A DNA stretch of 64,000 nt, taken from Escherichia coli (GTDB lineage: Bacteria > Pseudomonadota > Gammaproteobacteria > Enterobacterales > Enterobacteriaceae). Shown in pieces: positions 47,691 to 58,490 of this stretch. Each line of letters opens with the position of its first letter. Position 1 is the first letter of the stretch. The position numbers were made by a program, and so were the translations under genes. Location: assembly GCF_016026235.1 (NCBI RefSeq), contig NZ_CP065613.1; one strand, written 5' to 3'. The notes under the pieces are model-generated. The model was not told the DNA's origin. It did not search any database and was given only the letters and a program-made list of their open reading frames with translations.

Positions 47691-48380
47691 TTAACCGTTG
47701 GTTAATTTTTCAAACTCTTCACACCCGGTATCAAACCCTTCCATACAGCTCAGGTTCAACCAGTGCAGCGCCTTTTGCTTGTTCTTCTCGATAAAACCTT
47801 CTTCACCGTTTAAGAACATCATTCCCGCCCAGTACTCGGAATAACCGGTTCGGGAAATTGCAGAGCTGCGTTTGAAATACCAGGTTGCCTTGTCATCGTC
47901 GGCCTTAATGCCCACGCCGTTGGCGTAAATCAAACCAAGCAGCATTTGGGCATCGACGGCAGAGTCGTTCTCCAGATCTTCCGAGGCGTTTTCTAACAGC
48001 GAAATCGCCTTTGGATAATCCGGTTTACCCGCTTGAGTATTTACCAGAATATGCGCCAGCGTTACTTCACCTTCTTTACTGCCCGCTTGCGCCGCTTTCT
48101 CTGCAAGAACTTTTGCTTGTGGATAGTCCAGACTGACCGGATTGGTGATTTTGATCTGCGCCAACAGCGCGCAGGCATCAGCATCACCGCTGTCGGCGGC
48201 TTTCTGTGCCCAATATTCGGCTTTGCTCAAATCGCCGGAGCTAAACCAGCTGTCGGCAAGAAAATATTGTGCGCGTCGGTCCCCGGCCTCTGCTGCCTTT
48301 AAATACTGGCTGCCAGGCTCGGAGTCGTTCGCGTGGGCAAAGAATGTCAAAAACAACATCAATGCGATAATTTTTTTCAT
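47691..48380 (-). CDS. yjcO: Sel1/TPR-like repeat lipoprotein YjcO (229 aa)
   Basis: Signal peptide followed by Sel1-like repeats (AQYFLADSWFSSGD..., GLIYANGVG...). Confidence 0.88.
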   Translation of the reverse strand: MKKIIALMLFLTFFAHANDSEPGSQYLKAAEAGDRRAQYFLADSWFSSGDLSKAEYWAQKAADSGDADACALLAQIKITNPVSLDYPQAKVLAEKAAQAGSKEGEVTLAHILVNTQAGKPDYPKAISLLENASEDLENDSAVDAQMLLGLIYANGVGIKADDDKATWYFKRSSAISRTGYSEYWAGMMFLNGEEGFIEKNKQKALHWLNLSCMEGFDTGCEEFEKLTNG

Positions 48381-48429
48381 TTTGATAATACGATTGGGTA
48401 GGGAGTAACCAGTATAAAGAGTTCGAATG

Positions 48430-48455
48430 GATAAAAAAACAGCCTCCGAAAGGAG
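48430..48455. terminator. Stem-loop terminator between yjcO and fdhF
   Basis: Hairpin acagcctcc-gaaa-ggaggctgt preceded by a run of A. Confidence 0.7.
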
Positions 48456-48473
48456 GCTGTAGAAAGGACTGTA

Positions 48474-50621
48474 TTACGCCAGTGCCGCTTCGCGCAGGCG
48501 AGTTTTCAACTTGTTGTACTCGTCAATCACGTACTGCTCGGCGGCACGCTGATCGGCGATCGGCTCGACGCGCACGGCGCAGTATTTGTATTCCGGCGTT
48601 TTCGTAATCGGGCTTAAGTTTTCGGTAACCAGCTCGTTACAGGCACCAATCCACCACTGGTAGGTCATGTAAATCGCCCCTTTGTTCGGACGATCGCTGA
48701 CCTGCGCACGGGTGATAATTTTGCCTTTACGCGAGTGCACCCAAACCAATGCCTCATCTTCAATACCCAGACGTTTGGCGTCTTCGGTATTGATTTGTGC
48801 GTAGCCAGGTTCATCAGCCAGCGCCGCCAGTGCCGCACAGTTACCGGTCATCGAACGGCAAGAGTAGTGACCAACTTCACGCACCGTTGACAGTACCATC
48901 GGGTACTCGTCGGTGAGTTTGTCGATTGGCGCTACCCAGTCGCAGGTGAAGAACTGCGCCAGACCGTTCGGGGTATCAAACTTCTCTTTAAACAGATAAG
49001 AAGTCCCCTGATCGGCATCTGAAGTATCGCGGCAAGGCCACTGAATGAAGCCCAGTTCGCCCATTTTCTCGTAAGTCGCACCGTAGAAATCCGGGCACAG
49101 ATGACGCAACTCATCCCAGATCTCCTGGGTGTTGTTGTAGTGCATCGGATAACCCATACGGGTGGCGATTTCACTGATGATTTGCCAGTCCGTTTTCAGA
49201 TCCCATTTCGGTTCAACTGCTTTGAAGAAACGCTGGAAGCCACGGTCAGCCGCAGTAAACACGCCTTCATGCTCGCCCCACGACGTTGACGGTAAAATAA
49301 CATCCGCCGCCGACGCGGTTTTGGTCATAAAGATGTCCTGAACGATGACCAGTTCCAGATCTTCAAAGGCTTTACGTACTGCCGACAGCTCCGCGTCAGT
49401 TTGCAGCGGATCTTCGCCCATAATGTACGCGGCACGCACTTCGCCATGCGCTGCGCGGTGCGGCAGCTCGCTGATGCGATAGCCGGTATGCGCTGGCAGG
49501 CTTTCCACGCCCCAGGCTTTGGCGAATTTCTCGCGGTTAGCCGGATCTTTCACATACTGGTATCCCGGATACGTATCCGGCAGCGCGCCCATATCGCAGG
49601 CACCCTGCACGTTGTTCTGACCACGAACCGGGTTTACACCCGCATGCGGCTTACCGAGGTTACCAGTCAGCATCGCGAGGCTGGTCAGAGAACGCACGGT
49701 TTCCACGCCCTGGTAGAACTGGGTTACACCCATGCCCCACAGGATGGCGGCGCTTTTCGCCTGGGCATACATCCGTGCCGCCTGACGAATCTCACTGGCG
49801 CTGACGCCGGTGATATCTTCAACCGACTCCGGCGTGTAGCCTTCAACGATTTTACGATACTCTTCAAAGCCTTCTGTACGGGAAGCGACGAACGCTTTGT
49901 CGTACAGATTTTCTTCAATAATGACATGGCCCATCGCATTCAACAGCGCGATGTTCGAGCCGTTTTTCAGTGCAATGTGCATGTCAGCAATGCGCGCGGT
50001 TTCAATTTTGCGCGGATCGCAGACGATAATTTTCGCCCCGTTACGTTTAGCGTTAATTACGTGATTCGCCACGATTGGGTGGGAATCCGCCGGGTTGTAC
50101 CCGAAAACGAACACTAAATCGGTATTATCAATTTCGTTAATAGCATTGCTCATTGCGCCATTACCGACCGATTGGTGCAGACCTGCAACCGATGGGCCGT
50201 GTCAGACACGAGCGCAGCAGTCAACGTTATTGGTACCAATAACGGCGCGCGCAAATTTTTGCATTACATAGTTGGTTTCGTTACCCGTACCACGCGAGGA
50301 GCCGGTCGTCTGGATGGCATCCGGACCGTACTTCTCTTTGATGGCGCTCAGGCGCTCGGCAACGTAATTCAGTGCCTCATCCCAGGAAACAGGTTCGAGT
50401 TTGCCGCCACGCTGGCGACGGATCATGGGGGTTTTCAGGCGCGGGGTCAGGATCTGGGTATCGTTAATGAAATCCCAGCCATAATAACCCTTCAGACACA
50501 GGGTACCCTGGTTGGTTTTCCCCTGCGCTGCCTCCGCCCGGACGATTTTGCCGTTATCGACGACCAGGTTGATTTTGCAACCTGATGCGCAATAGGGGCA
50601 AACCGTGACGACTTTTTTCAT
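48474..50621 (-). CDS. fdhF: Formate dehydrogenase H, selenocysteine-containing (715 aa; in-frame UGA at 50202-50204)
   Basis: Track ORFs 50202..50621 (139 aa, ...NNVDCCARV) and 48474..50153 (559 aa) are in the same frame, separated by one TGA and 16 sense codons; 139+1+16+559 = 715; molybdopterin-oxidoreductase Cys cluster MKKVVTVCPYCASGCKI at the N-terminus. Confidence 0.95.
50155..50201 (-). promoter_or_regulatory. SECIS element of fdhF
   Basis: mRNA immediately 3' of the UGA reads CACGGCCCAUCGGUUGCAGGUCUGCACCAAUCGGUCGGUAAUGGC, which forms the fdhF SelB-binding hairpin. Confidence 0.9.
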
Positions 50622-50670
50622 CGGTCTCGCTCCAGTTAATCAAATCACGCATACGCGCTCTCGACTACAG

Positions 50671-50688
50671 TATGCATCTTTTATGCCA
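50671..50688 (-). promoter_or_regulatory. Sigma-54 promoter of fdhF
   Basis: Minus strand reads tggcataaaagatgcata (TGGCAT-N5-ATGCA; GG and GC 10 nt apart), about 50 bp upstream of the fdhF start codon. Confidence 0.7.
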
Positions 50689-50788
50689 CATTTTATTTGG
50701 GGTCATTCCCTGATATTACGGGCACTATTTATTCAAAACTCTGACGAAAAACAGGCTGTCGTCAGTTTTGACGTGACGAAACGAAATA

Positions 50789-50815
50789 CCGCGTGACAGC
50801 CATCACGCGGCAGAC
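50789..50815 (-). terminator. Stem-loop after mdtP
   Basis: Palindrome ccgcgtgac-agccat-cacgcgg immediately downstream of the mdtP stop, followed by a U-rich tract on the minus strand. Confidence 0.55.
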
Positions 50816-50818
50816 ATT

Positions 50819-52285
50819 TTATTTTTTCTCGACGACGGGAGCCGCCTGATACCCGCCGCCCAGCGATTTCATCAACTGAATGCTTTGGATCACCCGGCGG
50901 CTGTCCAGCATCAGTAATGACATCTCTTCGGCAAGTACTGGCAACCGGGCTTCAGTGGCCTGTAAGCGGCTGGTTAAGCCGCGCTGATAGGCGGCCTCGG
51001 CAGCGCGCTGGGTGAAGCGCGTTGCTTCCACGCGTTCAGCCTGCATTTCTCGCTCGTCGTTGAGCGTTTGCAGACGCGTGCCGTTGACGGCAACGTCACG
51101 CACCGCGTTCAGTACTGACTGGTTGTAACGTTCAATCATCATGTTGCTGGCGGCGCGCGTGCCTTCGAGATTGGCATTCAACCGTCCACCGTCAAACAGC
51201 GGCAATTTCAGACCCGGGATGAAGTTGAACTGGCGACTGGTTTTTTTGAATAAGGTATCCAGGTGGATGGCATCAAGGCCGAAAAACGCTTTGATATCAA
51301 AGCTCGGGTAGAACAGCGCCCGCGCGGAATCCACCTGATCTAATGACGCCTGAACATACCAGCGCATGGCTTGCAGATCCGGGCGTCTGGCGAGCAACTC
51401 ATAAGAGAGCGTCGCCGGAATGCCGGTCTGGACTCGTGGTAATGCCACCGGTTTGATCTCCGGCATATCGCTGGCCCCCGCGCCAATCAATGCACGCAGA
51501 GATTCTCGCGTTTCGGTGATTTGCCCTATGACGGCAGCAATTTGTTTATCGACCGCCAGAATCTGTGCCCGCGCGCCGTGGAAAGGCACTTGTGCTTCCA
51601 GACCGTGCGCCACTTTACTCTGGTGCGCTTTCACCGCGTAATCAATCACATCGCGAGTTTGTTCTAACAGATCGAGCATCTGATAGCTGGCCTGCATACT
51701 GTAATAAAGCTGCGCTACGCCCGTGGTCAGCGATAGCTCTACTGCTGCGGTTTCTGCCAGCGCGGCATTATGCGCGCCAATGGCGGCGGCAACCGCTGAG
51801 CGATGCACACCCCACAAATCAAGATCCAGTCCGGCAAACAAACCTACTGTGGCTTCCGTATAGTACGGCCCGTCCATACCCAGTGCGGGCGCATCCATCG
51901 CATAAGGGCTTAAAAAGCCGTTCGCCGAGACGCGTTGGCGGTTGAGCATCCCTAACGCTGCGACCTGTAATTGTGAACCGGCATCTAACAAATCGGCCTG
52001 GGACTGCGCTTTTTCTTCCCGCAGTTTCGCTTCGGCGAGGGTGTGTGAACCACTTAGCGTCCGTTGGATCAGCGCATCCAGCTGCGGGTCATTGAGTTGT
52101 TTCCACCACTGCGCCTGCGGCCAGCCGGAGCTGGCAAGATGAATATCGTCGGCCAGTTTGATTTGTTCCGGTTTGAGCTGTTGATGAGGTGCAGAATCCT
52201 TACGTACCAAGGCACAGCCGGAAATCAGCGTCGTGCTGCCGAGAATGCTGCACAACAGCAGACGTGAAAGTTGACGATTGATCAT
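50819..52285 (-). CDS. mdtP: Outer-membrane efflux factor MdtP (488 aa)
   Basis: Lipoprotein signal (LISGCAL) and TolC/OprM-family length; overlaps the mdtO stop. Confidence 0.9.
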   Translation of the reverse strand: MINRQLSRLLLCSILGSTTLISGCALVRKDSAPHQQLKPEQIKLADDIHLASSGWPQAQWWKQLNDPQLDALIQRTLSGSHTLAEAKLREEKAQSQADLLDAGSQLQVAALGMLNRQRVSANGFLSPYAMDAPALGMDGPYYTEATVGLFAGLDLDLWGVHRSAVAAAIGAHNAALAETAAVELSLTTGVAQLYYSMQASYQMLDLLEQTRDVIDYAVKAHQSKVAHGLEAQVPFHGARAQILAVDKQIAAVIGQITETRESLRALIGAGASDMPEIKPVALPRVQTGIPATLSYELLARRPDLQAMRWYVQASLDQVDSARALFYPSFDIKAFFGLDAIHLDTLFKKTSRQFNFIPGLKLPLFDGGRLNANLEGTRAASNMMIERYNQSVLNAVRDVAVNGTRLQTLNDEREMQAERVEATRFTQRAAEAAYQRGLTSRLQATEARLPVLAEEMSLLMLDSRRVIQSIQLMKSLGGGYQAAPVVEKK

Positions 52286-54333
52286 TGCGTGGCTCCTTGT
52301 GCCTGTTCCGTGGCGGGCGTTAATGCCGGGGCTGTCCAGTCTGGCAAGCGGGCGAAAAGCTGGCAGACGTGTTGCTCCTGTTTTAATAAGGTGGGCAGGA
52401 TGGCCTGCGAGGCGGGTGTCTCTTCAAGCGTTATTTGAGGAGAACGGCTGAGTGCGGTTGTCAGACCGGAAGCGTATTTCTCCAGGGCGTCGGCAAACTG
52501 ACCTGCTCTGTCCGGCTGTAGTGCGTTATCCAGCGCCTGCGCCGAGTTCCAGGTGGCATCCCAGGCGTGAAGAATATCGCGGCCCTGACGAATAACCGTT
52601 TGCGAACGTTCAATCAGTAAGGCGCGTTCTTCGCTGTCCAGTTGACGCTCCAGCGCCACGCGTTGGCACATCTCTTCACAGGCATTAAACGCCGCATGCA
52701 GACCGATACGAATTTGCAGATAAGTGCGCAGAGCCGTGACTTCCTGCTGGCGTGGGATCCGCATTACTTTACTTAACATACCCAGCGTGCCAGCCAGTTT
52801 TTGCGGCAGTGTGCGCGCTTCACTTTCAGGCCAGACAAAGGTGTAAATCACCGCGGACACCACGGTACCAATGATGATACCCAGGGCGCGATCGCGAATT
52901 TCCACCAGGTCGTACACTGGGCCAAAAACGTTTTCGAGCGTGGCGAGCGCGAAGGTGACCACCATCTGTGTGCCGATATAAGAAGAGCGTTCAGAGCTGG
53001 TGGCAATCCATGCGCCCAACAGGAAAATCGGTGCCAGCACAAACAGCAATTCGACAATATTGTCCAGCCAGGGCATGACCAGTAGCGTGAATAACAGCGC
53101 CAGAATCGCGCCGCAAAAGGCCCCGCCAAAACGCAGCACCATCTTCTGGTACGACGAACCGACATTTGGGTTAGCGACGATCACGCATGTCAGCATACAG
53201 GTGTGAATGCCTTCCCAGTCCACGCCGCTGTAAAAGGTGTAACAGATCAAACAGGCGAGCAGCGTTTTTACCGCGTAGCGCATATAGTCTGGATTGGTAA
53301 AAGCATCGGCGGCCATTGATGGCGGTTTGGCTGCGGGCGTTGGCGGCGTATTCGGGTCCATCTGACCCAGTTGTAACAACGTCTGGCAGATATTCTCCAG
53401 GTTACATTCCCGTGCCGCCATCGCTTCACTTTCACTGATCCGCCAGTCGCTTTGCCAGCACTGACCTTCAGCAACGGCATGCTGCAGCTTATTGATTTCT
53501 GAAGCTAATTTTTGTCGGAATTCAATAATTGCCTGAGAATCAGCAAAAGAGGTGGGATCGTAGCGATTCAGCGTCGAGTAAATGTAGGTTACCGTTGCCA
53601 CGCAGCTTTGCCACCATGCGCTTTGAGTTCGCCAGTTGGCATCGTCCGCGAGACAAAAGACATTCAGTTTTTGCAGCGCCAGCGCCTCTCTTTCAATCCG
53701 CGTTTCGGGTAGCGGTGCGAGGCTGTCCGTCAGGTGGCTAATGGCATCATCAAGCCGATCATTAAGCGCTTGATGCATTTGCGTAATGGCACGACTGGGA
53801 AACCACAGCACGCCGATTAACGTCATCAGCAAGGTTGGATAGAGGCCAACAACGATACACCACAGCGTTAAGCGCACGACCACTTCCGGATAGTCGAGCA
53901 TGGCGGGGAAGGTTTGCCCGTAAATGGCGACAATGGCGACGGCGAAAAAGACCAGTCCCAGCCGATGGGTGCGCATCAAAAACATACAGCCCATCAGGAT
54001 CGGCCCGGCGATGATCAATCGGATCAACGGTTCGCCGTATGACCATTTGTAGATCAAAAACAGGCTGCCGATCTCCAGCACCGTGGCAACCACAAACAAG
54101 ATCGCGACAAATTTGGTGTAAAACGCGTTCGACTGAATACCGTAAAACAGCACTGCCAGCGATAACGCCACAAAAGGGATCTCAAAGGTCATCGAGATCA
54201 GAATCACCAGCAGGCAGCCTACCCAGAGTTGCACGGTCTGCGGCACGCGACCTGGTCGCCGCTCGCTTAACTCTTCATGAAAGAACGCCAGCAGCCTGAC
54301 CACCGGTAATGGCAGGGAGTTGAGCGCGCTCAT
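52282..54333 (-). CDS. mdtO: Aromatic-acid-exporter-family membrane protein MdtO (683 aa)
   Basis: Large two-domain membrane protein; start overlaps the mdtN stop. Confidence 0.9.
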   Translation of the reverse strand: MSALNSLPLPVVRLLAFFHEELSERRPGRVPQTVQLWVGCLLVILISMTFEIPFVALSLAVLFYGIQSNAFYTKFVAILFVVATVLEIGSLFLIYKWSYGEPLIRLIIAGPILMGCMFLMRTHRLGLVFFAVAIVAIYGQTFPAMLDYPEVVVRLTLWCIVVGLYPTLLMTLIGVLWFPSRAITQMHQALNDRLDDAISHLTDSLAPLPETRIEREALALQKLNVFCLADDANWRTQSAWWQSCVATVTYIYSTLNRYDPTSFADSQAIIEFRQKLASEINKLQHAVAEGQCWQSDWRISESEAMAARECNLENICQTLLQLGQMDPNTPPTPAAKPPSMAADAFTNPDYMRYAVKTLLACLICYTFYSGVDWEGIHTCMLTCVIVANPNVGSSYQKMVLRFGGAFCGAILALLFTLLVMPWLDNIVELLFVLAPIFLLGAWIATSSERSSYIGTQMVVTFALATLENVFGPVYDLVEIRDRALGIIIGTVVSAVIYTFVWPESEARTLPQKLAGTLGMLSKVMRIPRQQEVTALRTYLQIRIGLHAAFNACEEMCQRVALERQLDSEERALLIERSQTVIRQGRDILHAWDATWNSAQALDNALQPDRAGQFADALEKYASGLTTALSRSPQITLEETPASQAILPTLLKQEQHVCQLFARLPDWTAPALTPATEQAQGATQ

Positions 54334-55364
54334 TATTGCGGCTCAAGATTAGCGACTGCCGAAGCGCCGATGCGGAACATTTCCGGGTCAGGTTTATCGA
54401 CCATGATTTTGACCGGAAAACGCTGGGCAACGCGGACCCAGTTAATAGAGCGAGAAACTTTCGGCAGGCCGCCCAGCACCAGGCCGCCGTCATCCGGTAG
54501 TACGCCGTAGCCAATCGAATCCACTTTACCCTCGAAGGTTTTGCCGCTGTCACTCATCAGGCGAATGGTTGCAGGCGTACCAGCATGAATGTTTTTCAAA
54601 TCGGTTTCGCGGAAGTTGGCGATCACGTACCAGTGACGAGTGTCGATTAGGGTAAAAATAGGGCGCATGGCAGAAGCAAATTGCCCGACGGAGGTTTTGA
54701 GGGAAATGACCCGACCATCAAACGGCGCGCGAACGGTCGCCATTTCCAGATGCAGTTTGGTCAGGGCAATATCCGCTTCGACCACCGCACGCTGGGCAAC
54801 TAATGCATCCACGCCGCTGACGGCGCTGGCGGCTGACTGCGCCTGCAACAATACAGCATTAAGATCGGCTTCTGCAGCGCGCTGCGCGGTCCTCGCACGG
54901 TCAACGTCTTCCGCTGAGACAAAACCTTCTTTCAGTAATGGCTCGGTGCGGCGTAATGTATCTGTGGCCTGTTTCGCGGCGGCACGGGCTTTTTCTACCG
55001 TGGCGTTAACCGAGTCGGCACCAAACTGTTGCGCGTCAACGCTACGCTGGGTGAGCATAATTTGCTTATCCAGCGCCGCGAGGGAGGCTTCAGCTTTCGC
55101 CAGATTGGCTTCGTACGGGCGCGGGTCAATGCGGAACAGCAAATCGCCCTGTTTGACTGCTTGGTTGTCGGTGACCGCCAGTTCTACAATGCGGCCGCTG
55201 ACTTCCGGCACCACATCAATGGTATCTGCTGACGCGTAAGCGTCATTAGTTGATGGCGCACTGTCTACGCGCCAGATAACGAAAACAAGGGCAACCAGCG
55301 CCAACGCAACCACTAACAGAGCAGGGAATTTACTGCGAGGAGCTTTTTTCGGCGTACTTTCCAT
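54333..55364 (-). CDS. mdtN: Membrane-fusion (HlyD-family) protein MdtN (343 aa)
   Basis: N-terminal anchor, coiled-coil and beta-barrel regions typical of EmrA-like adaptors. Confidence 0.9.
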   Translation of the reverse strand: MESTPKKAPRSKFPALLVVALALVALVFVIWRVDSAPSTNDAYASADTIDVVPEVSGRIVELAVTDNQAVKQGDLLFRIDPRPYEANLAKAEASLAALDKQIMLTQRSVDAQQFGADSVNATVEKARAAAKQATDTLRRTEPLLKEGFVSAEDVDRARTAQRAAEADLNAVLLQAQSAASAVSGVDALVAQRAVVEADIALTKLHLEMATVRAPFDGRVISLKTSVGQFASAMRPIFTLIDTRHWYVIANFRETDLKNIHAGTPATIRLMSDSGKTFEGKVDSIGYGVLPDDGGLVLGGLPKVSRSINWVRVAQRFPVKIMVDKPDPEMFRIGASAVANLEPQ

Positions 55365-55382
55365 GAGCGCGTCTCAAATAGA

Positions 55383-55658
55383 TTAGAAAAATGCCAGCCA
55401 GAACAGCATGGCGTAGAGAGCAAAAAGGGCGGTATAAATAATTCCGACAAATGCCAGATTGATATTTGCCCGCTGAATAATTCGCCTCGTGATGAGCGTC
55501 AAAATAAGGCTGGCAATGGCGCAGAAAAACCAGCTGGGATAATAAGCGCCGATCACCGGGATTGCCGGAGATAATGAGCATCCCGAAACCATGAAGACGG
55601 GAATTATCCAGGCTGTTTTTTTGAGTTGCATCGCCATGCGAGAGAGAACTGTTGGCAT
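55383..55658 (-). CDS. ytcA: Small lipoprotein YtcA (91 aa)
   Basis: Protein MPTVLSRMAMQLKKTAWIIPVFMVSGCSLSPAIPVIGAYY...; start trimmed 16 codons from the maximal ORF; heads the mdtNOP cluster. Confidence 0.8.
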   Translation of the reverse strand: MPTVLSRMAMQLKKTAWIIPVFMVSGCSLSPAIPVIGAYYPSWFFCAIASLILTLITRRIIQRANINLAFVGIIYTALFALYAMLFWLAFF

Positions 55659-55831
55659 ATTAAATACATCCTGTCTGCTGCGAACAATATCTGTAGTGAA
55701 TATCACTATCCATTGAAGGCGTCAGTATGGCTATTTTCTTGATGAATAAAAATAGCTTTATTCAGCCACCGCATTCATAACTTATATATTTTATTTATTA
55801 ATTGGCTGTATATATTTTTAAAATAAATGCT

Positions 55832-55858
55832 TTTGGGGGCTTCAGGGCCCCCAAAAGC
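55832..55858 (-). terminator. Rho-independent terminator after yjcS
   Basis: Hairpin ttttgggggc-ttcag-ggcccccaaaa flanked by A/T runs, just downstream of the yjcS stop. Confidence 0.75.
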
Positions 55859-55866
55859 GAGTGACA

Positions 55867-57852
55867 TTAATTTGGGGTTACGATATTCACCCACAAATCG
55901 AAATTATCCAGACAGGCGATAATTTCTTCCAGTTTCGCGCCATTGCCAATAATTTTGGCTTTCTTCGCTTTTACCAGATCCGCCATTTTGGCTTGTCCGG
56001 TCAGTACGGCGTGCAGATCTTCACGGCTGATGTAGAAAGAGGCGTCGGCTTGCGGTTGCAGTGTTTTACGGTAGTTAAGCACGCTATCGTTCAGCGTCAG
56101 GTTGAGGTTATCGCCGTTGCTCATATTGAAGTTCAGGCTGATATTTTTACCCGCAGCTTTCGCGCTATCGAGGCGAACGGCCATAAAGTCGAACAGCATT
56201 TCGACCGACATCCCGCGAATGGTGTCCGGGGAACCGGTGGTGCCGTGGCTGAACTTATGCACCCCTTCGCGCAGCTCTTTCGCGCCGGTCAGGTAGAAAC
56301 CGCGCCATGTGGCGGACTCGGCCTGATAGCCCAGCTGTTCAAAGTTATTCGCTTGCAGATTTTTCGCCACCTGGTCACCTGGATTGGCGGCAATCACCTG
56401 TTTCAGTAGTTCTGCCGACCAGCGGTAATCACCTTGCTTATTCGCTTCTTGCGCCAGGTTGATGACACGGGCAGAGCCGCCCAGAGCCTGCACATAACGT
56501 TTACCCATCTCCACCTGACCATACGGATGCAGGTTTGCCGGGTTACCGTCGTAATAGCCAAGATAGAAGTTATACACCGCGCGGGCGTTGTGGCTGACAG
56601 AACCGTAATAGCCACGGCTGGCCCAGTTATTGGCAAGTGCAGGCGGCAGCTTAATCATGTCGCCGATTTCATTCATGGTGTAGCCTTGGTTCGCCAGGTG
56701 CAGGGTCTGGTCGTGAATGTACTTGATAGTATCGCGATATTTACCAATATAATCATTGATATGCTTATTGCCCCAGACCGGCCAGGTGTGCGGCATAAAC
56801 AGGACTTCCGCGTCGTTACCCCACATATCCAGCGTTTCGTTCAGATACTCGGTCCACTTGCTGGTGTCGCGGGTTTTCGCGCCGCGCAGAGTGTAGAAGT
56901 TGTGCAGGGTATGCGTGGCGTTCTCGGCGGTACACAGCGCTTTCAGGGCCGGAATATAGAAGTGCATTTCGGCTGGTGCTTCGCTACCTGGGGTCATCAG
57001 GAAGTCAAACTCCAGGCCGTCGATAATCATCTTCTCACCGGTTTTGGTGATGGTTTTGTTCGGTGCGATGATGCTCGGGTAGCCCGATGCCAGCGTTACG
57101 CCAAGACCATTGCCGATGTTACCCTGAGGGTTATGCGCCAGCAGCAGGCCGTAGGAGTAAAGTGCACGGCGGCTCATAATATTACCCGCCAGTACGTTTT
57201 CGCTGATGGCTTCGTCCATAAAGCCAGCAGGGGCGATAACCTGCACTTTACCGGATTTCACATCAGCTTCAGAGATAATGCCTTTCACGCCGCCATAGTG
57301 GTCGGTATGGCTGTGGGTATAAATAACCGCAACAATCGGTTTTTGCGGGCGATTTTGGAAGTAAAGGTCAAGGGCGGCTTTTGCGCTCGGTGGCGTCACC
57401 AGCGGGTCGATGACAATAATCCCGGTATCACCTTCGATAAAGGTGATGTTGGAGATATCCTGACCGCGAACCTGGTACATTCTGTCGGTGACTTTAAACA
57501 GGCCGGAAATACCGTTTAACTGCGACTGACGCCACAGGCTAGGGTTAACGGTTTCAGGCGCGGGCGTATTGATATCAAATTTATAATCTTCCCCGCGATA
57601 ATATGGTTTGCCATTAGCATCGCGCAGAATACCTTCATCCAGCAGCGGAGCGATAAATCCACGCTGAGCGTCGTCAAAATCCTGACGATCGCTAAACGGT
57701 AATGATTTGGCGTAATTCTGATTAACCTGTTGGGTATATTGAGTGGCGGCTTTCGCTTCCTCTTTCGCGTTAGCGGTATTTACCATCATGCCGCTGGCGG
57801 CAGTTAACGCAATAACAATTCTGCTCAAACGGAATAACCGAGAGTTATTCAT
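55867..57852 (-). CDS. yjcS: Alkyl/aryl-sulfatase YjcS (metallo-beta-lactamase fold, 661 aa)
   Basis: Signal peptide plus [10 protein letters not shown] metal-binding motif; start trimmed 4 codons from the maximal ORF. Confidence 0.9.
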   Translation of the reverse strand: MNNSRLFRLSRIVIALTAASGMMVNTANAKEEAKAATQYTQQVNQNYAKSLPFSDRQDFDDAQRGFIAPLLDEGILRDANGKPYYRGEDYKFDINTPAPETVNPSLWRQSQLNGISGLFKVTDRMYQVRGQDISNITFIEGDTGIIVIDPLVTPPSAKAALDLYFQNRPQKPIVAVIYTHSHTDHYGGVKGIISEADVKSGKVQVIAPAGFMDEAISENVLAGNIMSRRALYSYGLLLAHNPQGNIGNGLGVTLASGYPSIIAPNKTITKTGEKMIIDGLEFDFLMTPGSEAPAEMHFYIPALKALCTAENATHTLHNFYTLRGAKTRDTSKWTEYLNETLDMWGNDAEVLFMPHTWPVWGNKHINDYIGKYRDTIKYIHDQTLHLANQGYTMNEIGDMIKLPPALANNWASRGYYGSVSHNARAVYNFYLGYYDGNPANLHPYGQVEMGKRYVQALGGSARVINLAQEANKQGDYRWSAELLKQVIAANPGDQVAKNLQANNFEQLGYQAESATWRGFYLTGAKELREGVHKFSHGTTGSPDTIRGMSVEMLFDFMAVRLDSAKAAGKNISLNFNMSNGDNLNLTLNDSVLNYRKTLQPQADASFYISREDLHAVLTGQAKMADLVKAKKAKIIGNGAKLEEIIACLDNFDLWVNIVTPN

Positions 57853-58104
57853 ATAAATCTCCATTTATCATTTATGTCGTAAATATGTAATCCATGCAAA
57901 ATACGTCATTTAAAGCTGGGGTTATCATAATTGGGAATTTGCGACTTTAATAAGTGGAAGTGTGAGCGGAACGATCCATTTTATTAGGCATTTGTGCTGA
58001 AGGGGGAAAATTACGCGAATTTATTATCTCTGTAAATAATATGAGGTGTTTTATATATTTATTATATATATTGTACTTCGGCAAATACTGAGCACAATTT
58101 ATCA

Positions 58105-58422
58105 ATGCAACCGGTGTTTCTTTTTAAAAAACGTACCGGAGCAATGGGCGGTCATGCCGCTGGCACCGCAGGATTCTGCGTTGCTGTGCCAGCCTTTTAT
58201 TCATGGTCAATGAGTGAGGGGATTGATAAAGAAACCAGGTCGTCAGAGCGCACTGATTATCCGCATTACGCCAGTGAAGTTGCACTGGCTTTTGGTTCAC
58301 GAGTGGTTGGCCTCGAACTGGCAAAAATGATTGTGGATGCGTGGCTGGGCGCACAGTACGAAGGCGGTCGTCATCAACAAAGCGTGGAAGCGATTACGGC
58401 AATAGAGCAGCGGAGAAATTGA
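58105..58422 (+). pseudogene. rpiB: rpiB remnant (ribose-5-phosphate isomerase B fragment)
   Basis: Translation contains SSERTDYPHYAS-VALA and FGSRVVGLELAKMIVDAWLGAQYEGGRHQQ-VEAITAIEQRRN, which I recall as internal and C-terminal RpiB segments; the catalytic N-terminus and middle are missing; sits immediately upstream of yjdP as rpiB does in K-12. Confidence 0.6.
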
Positions 58423-58490
58423 GATTCATCCACTACTTGCATGGATGAGTAATGACTAATGTGGATAGAGTTTCTTTTTGAGGTTGGCTA

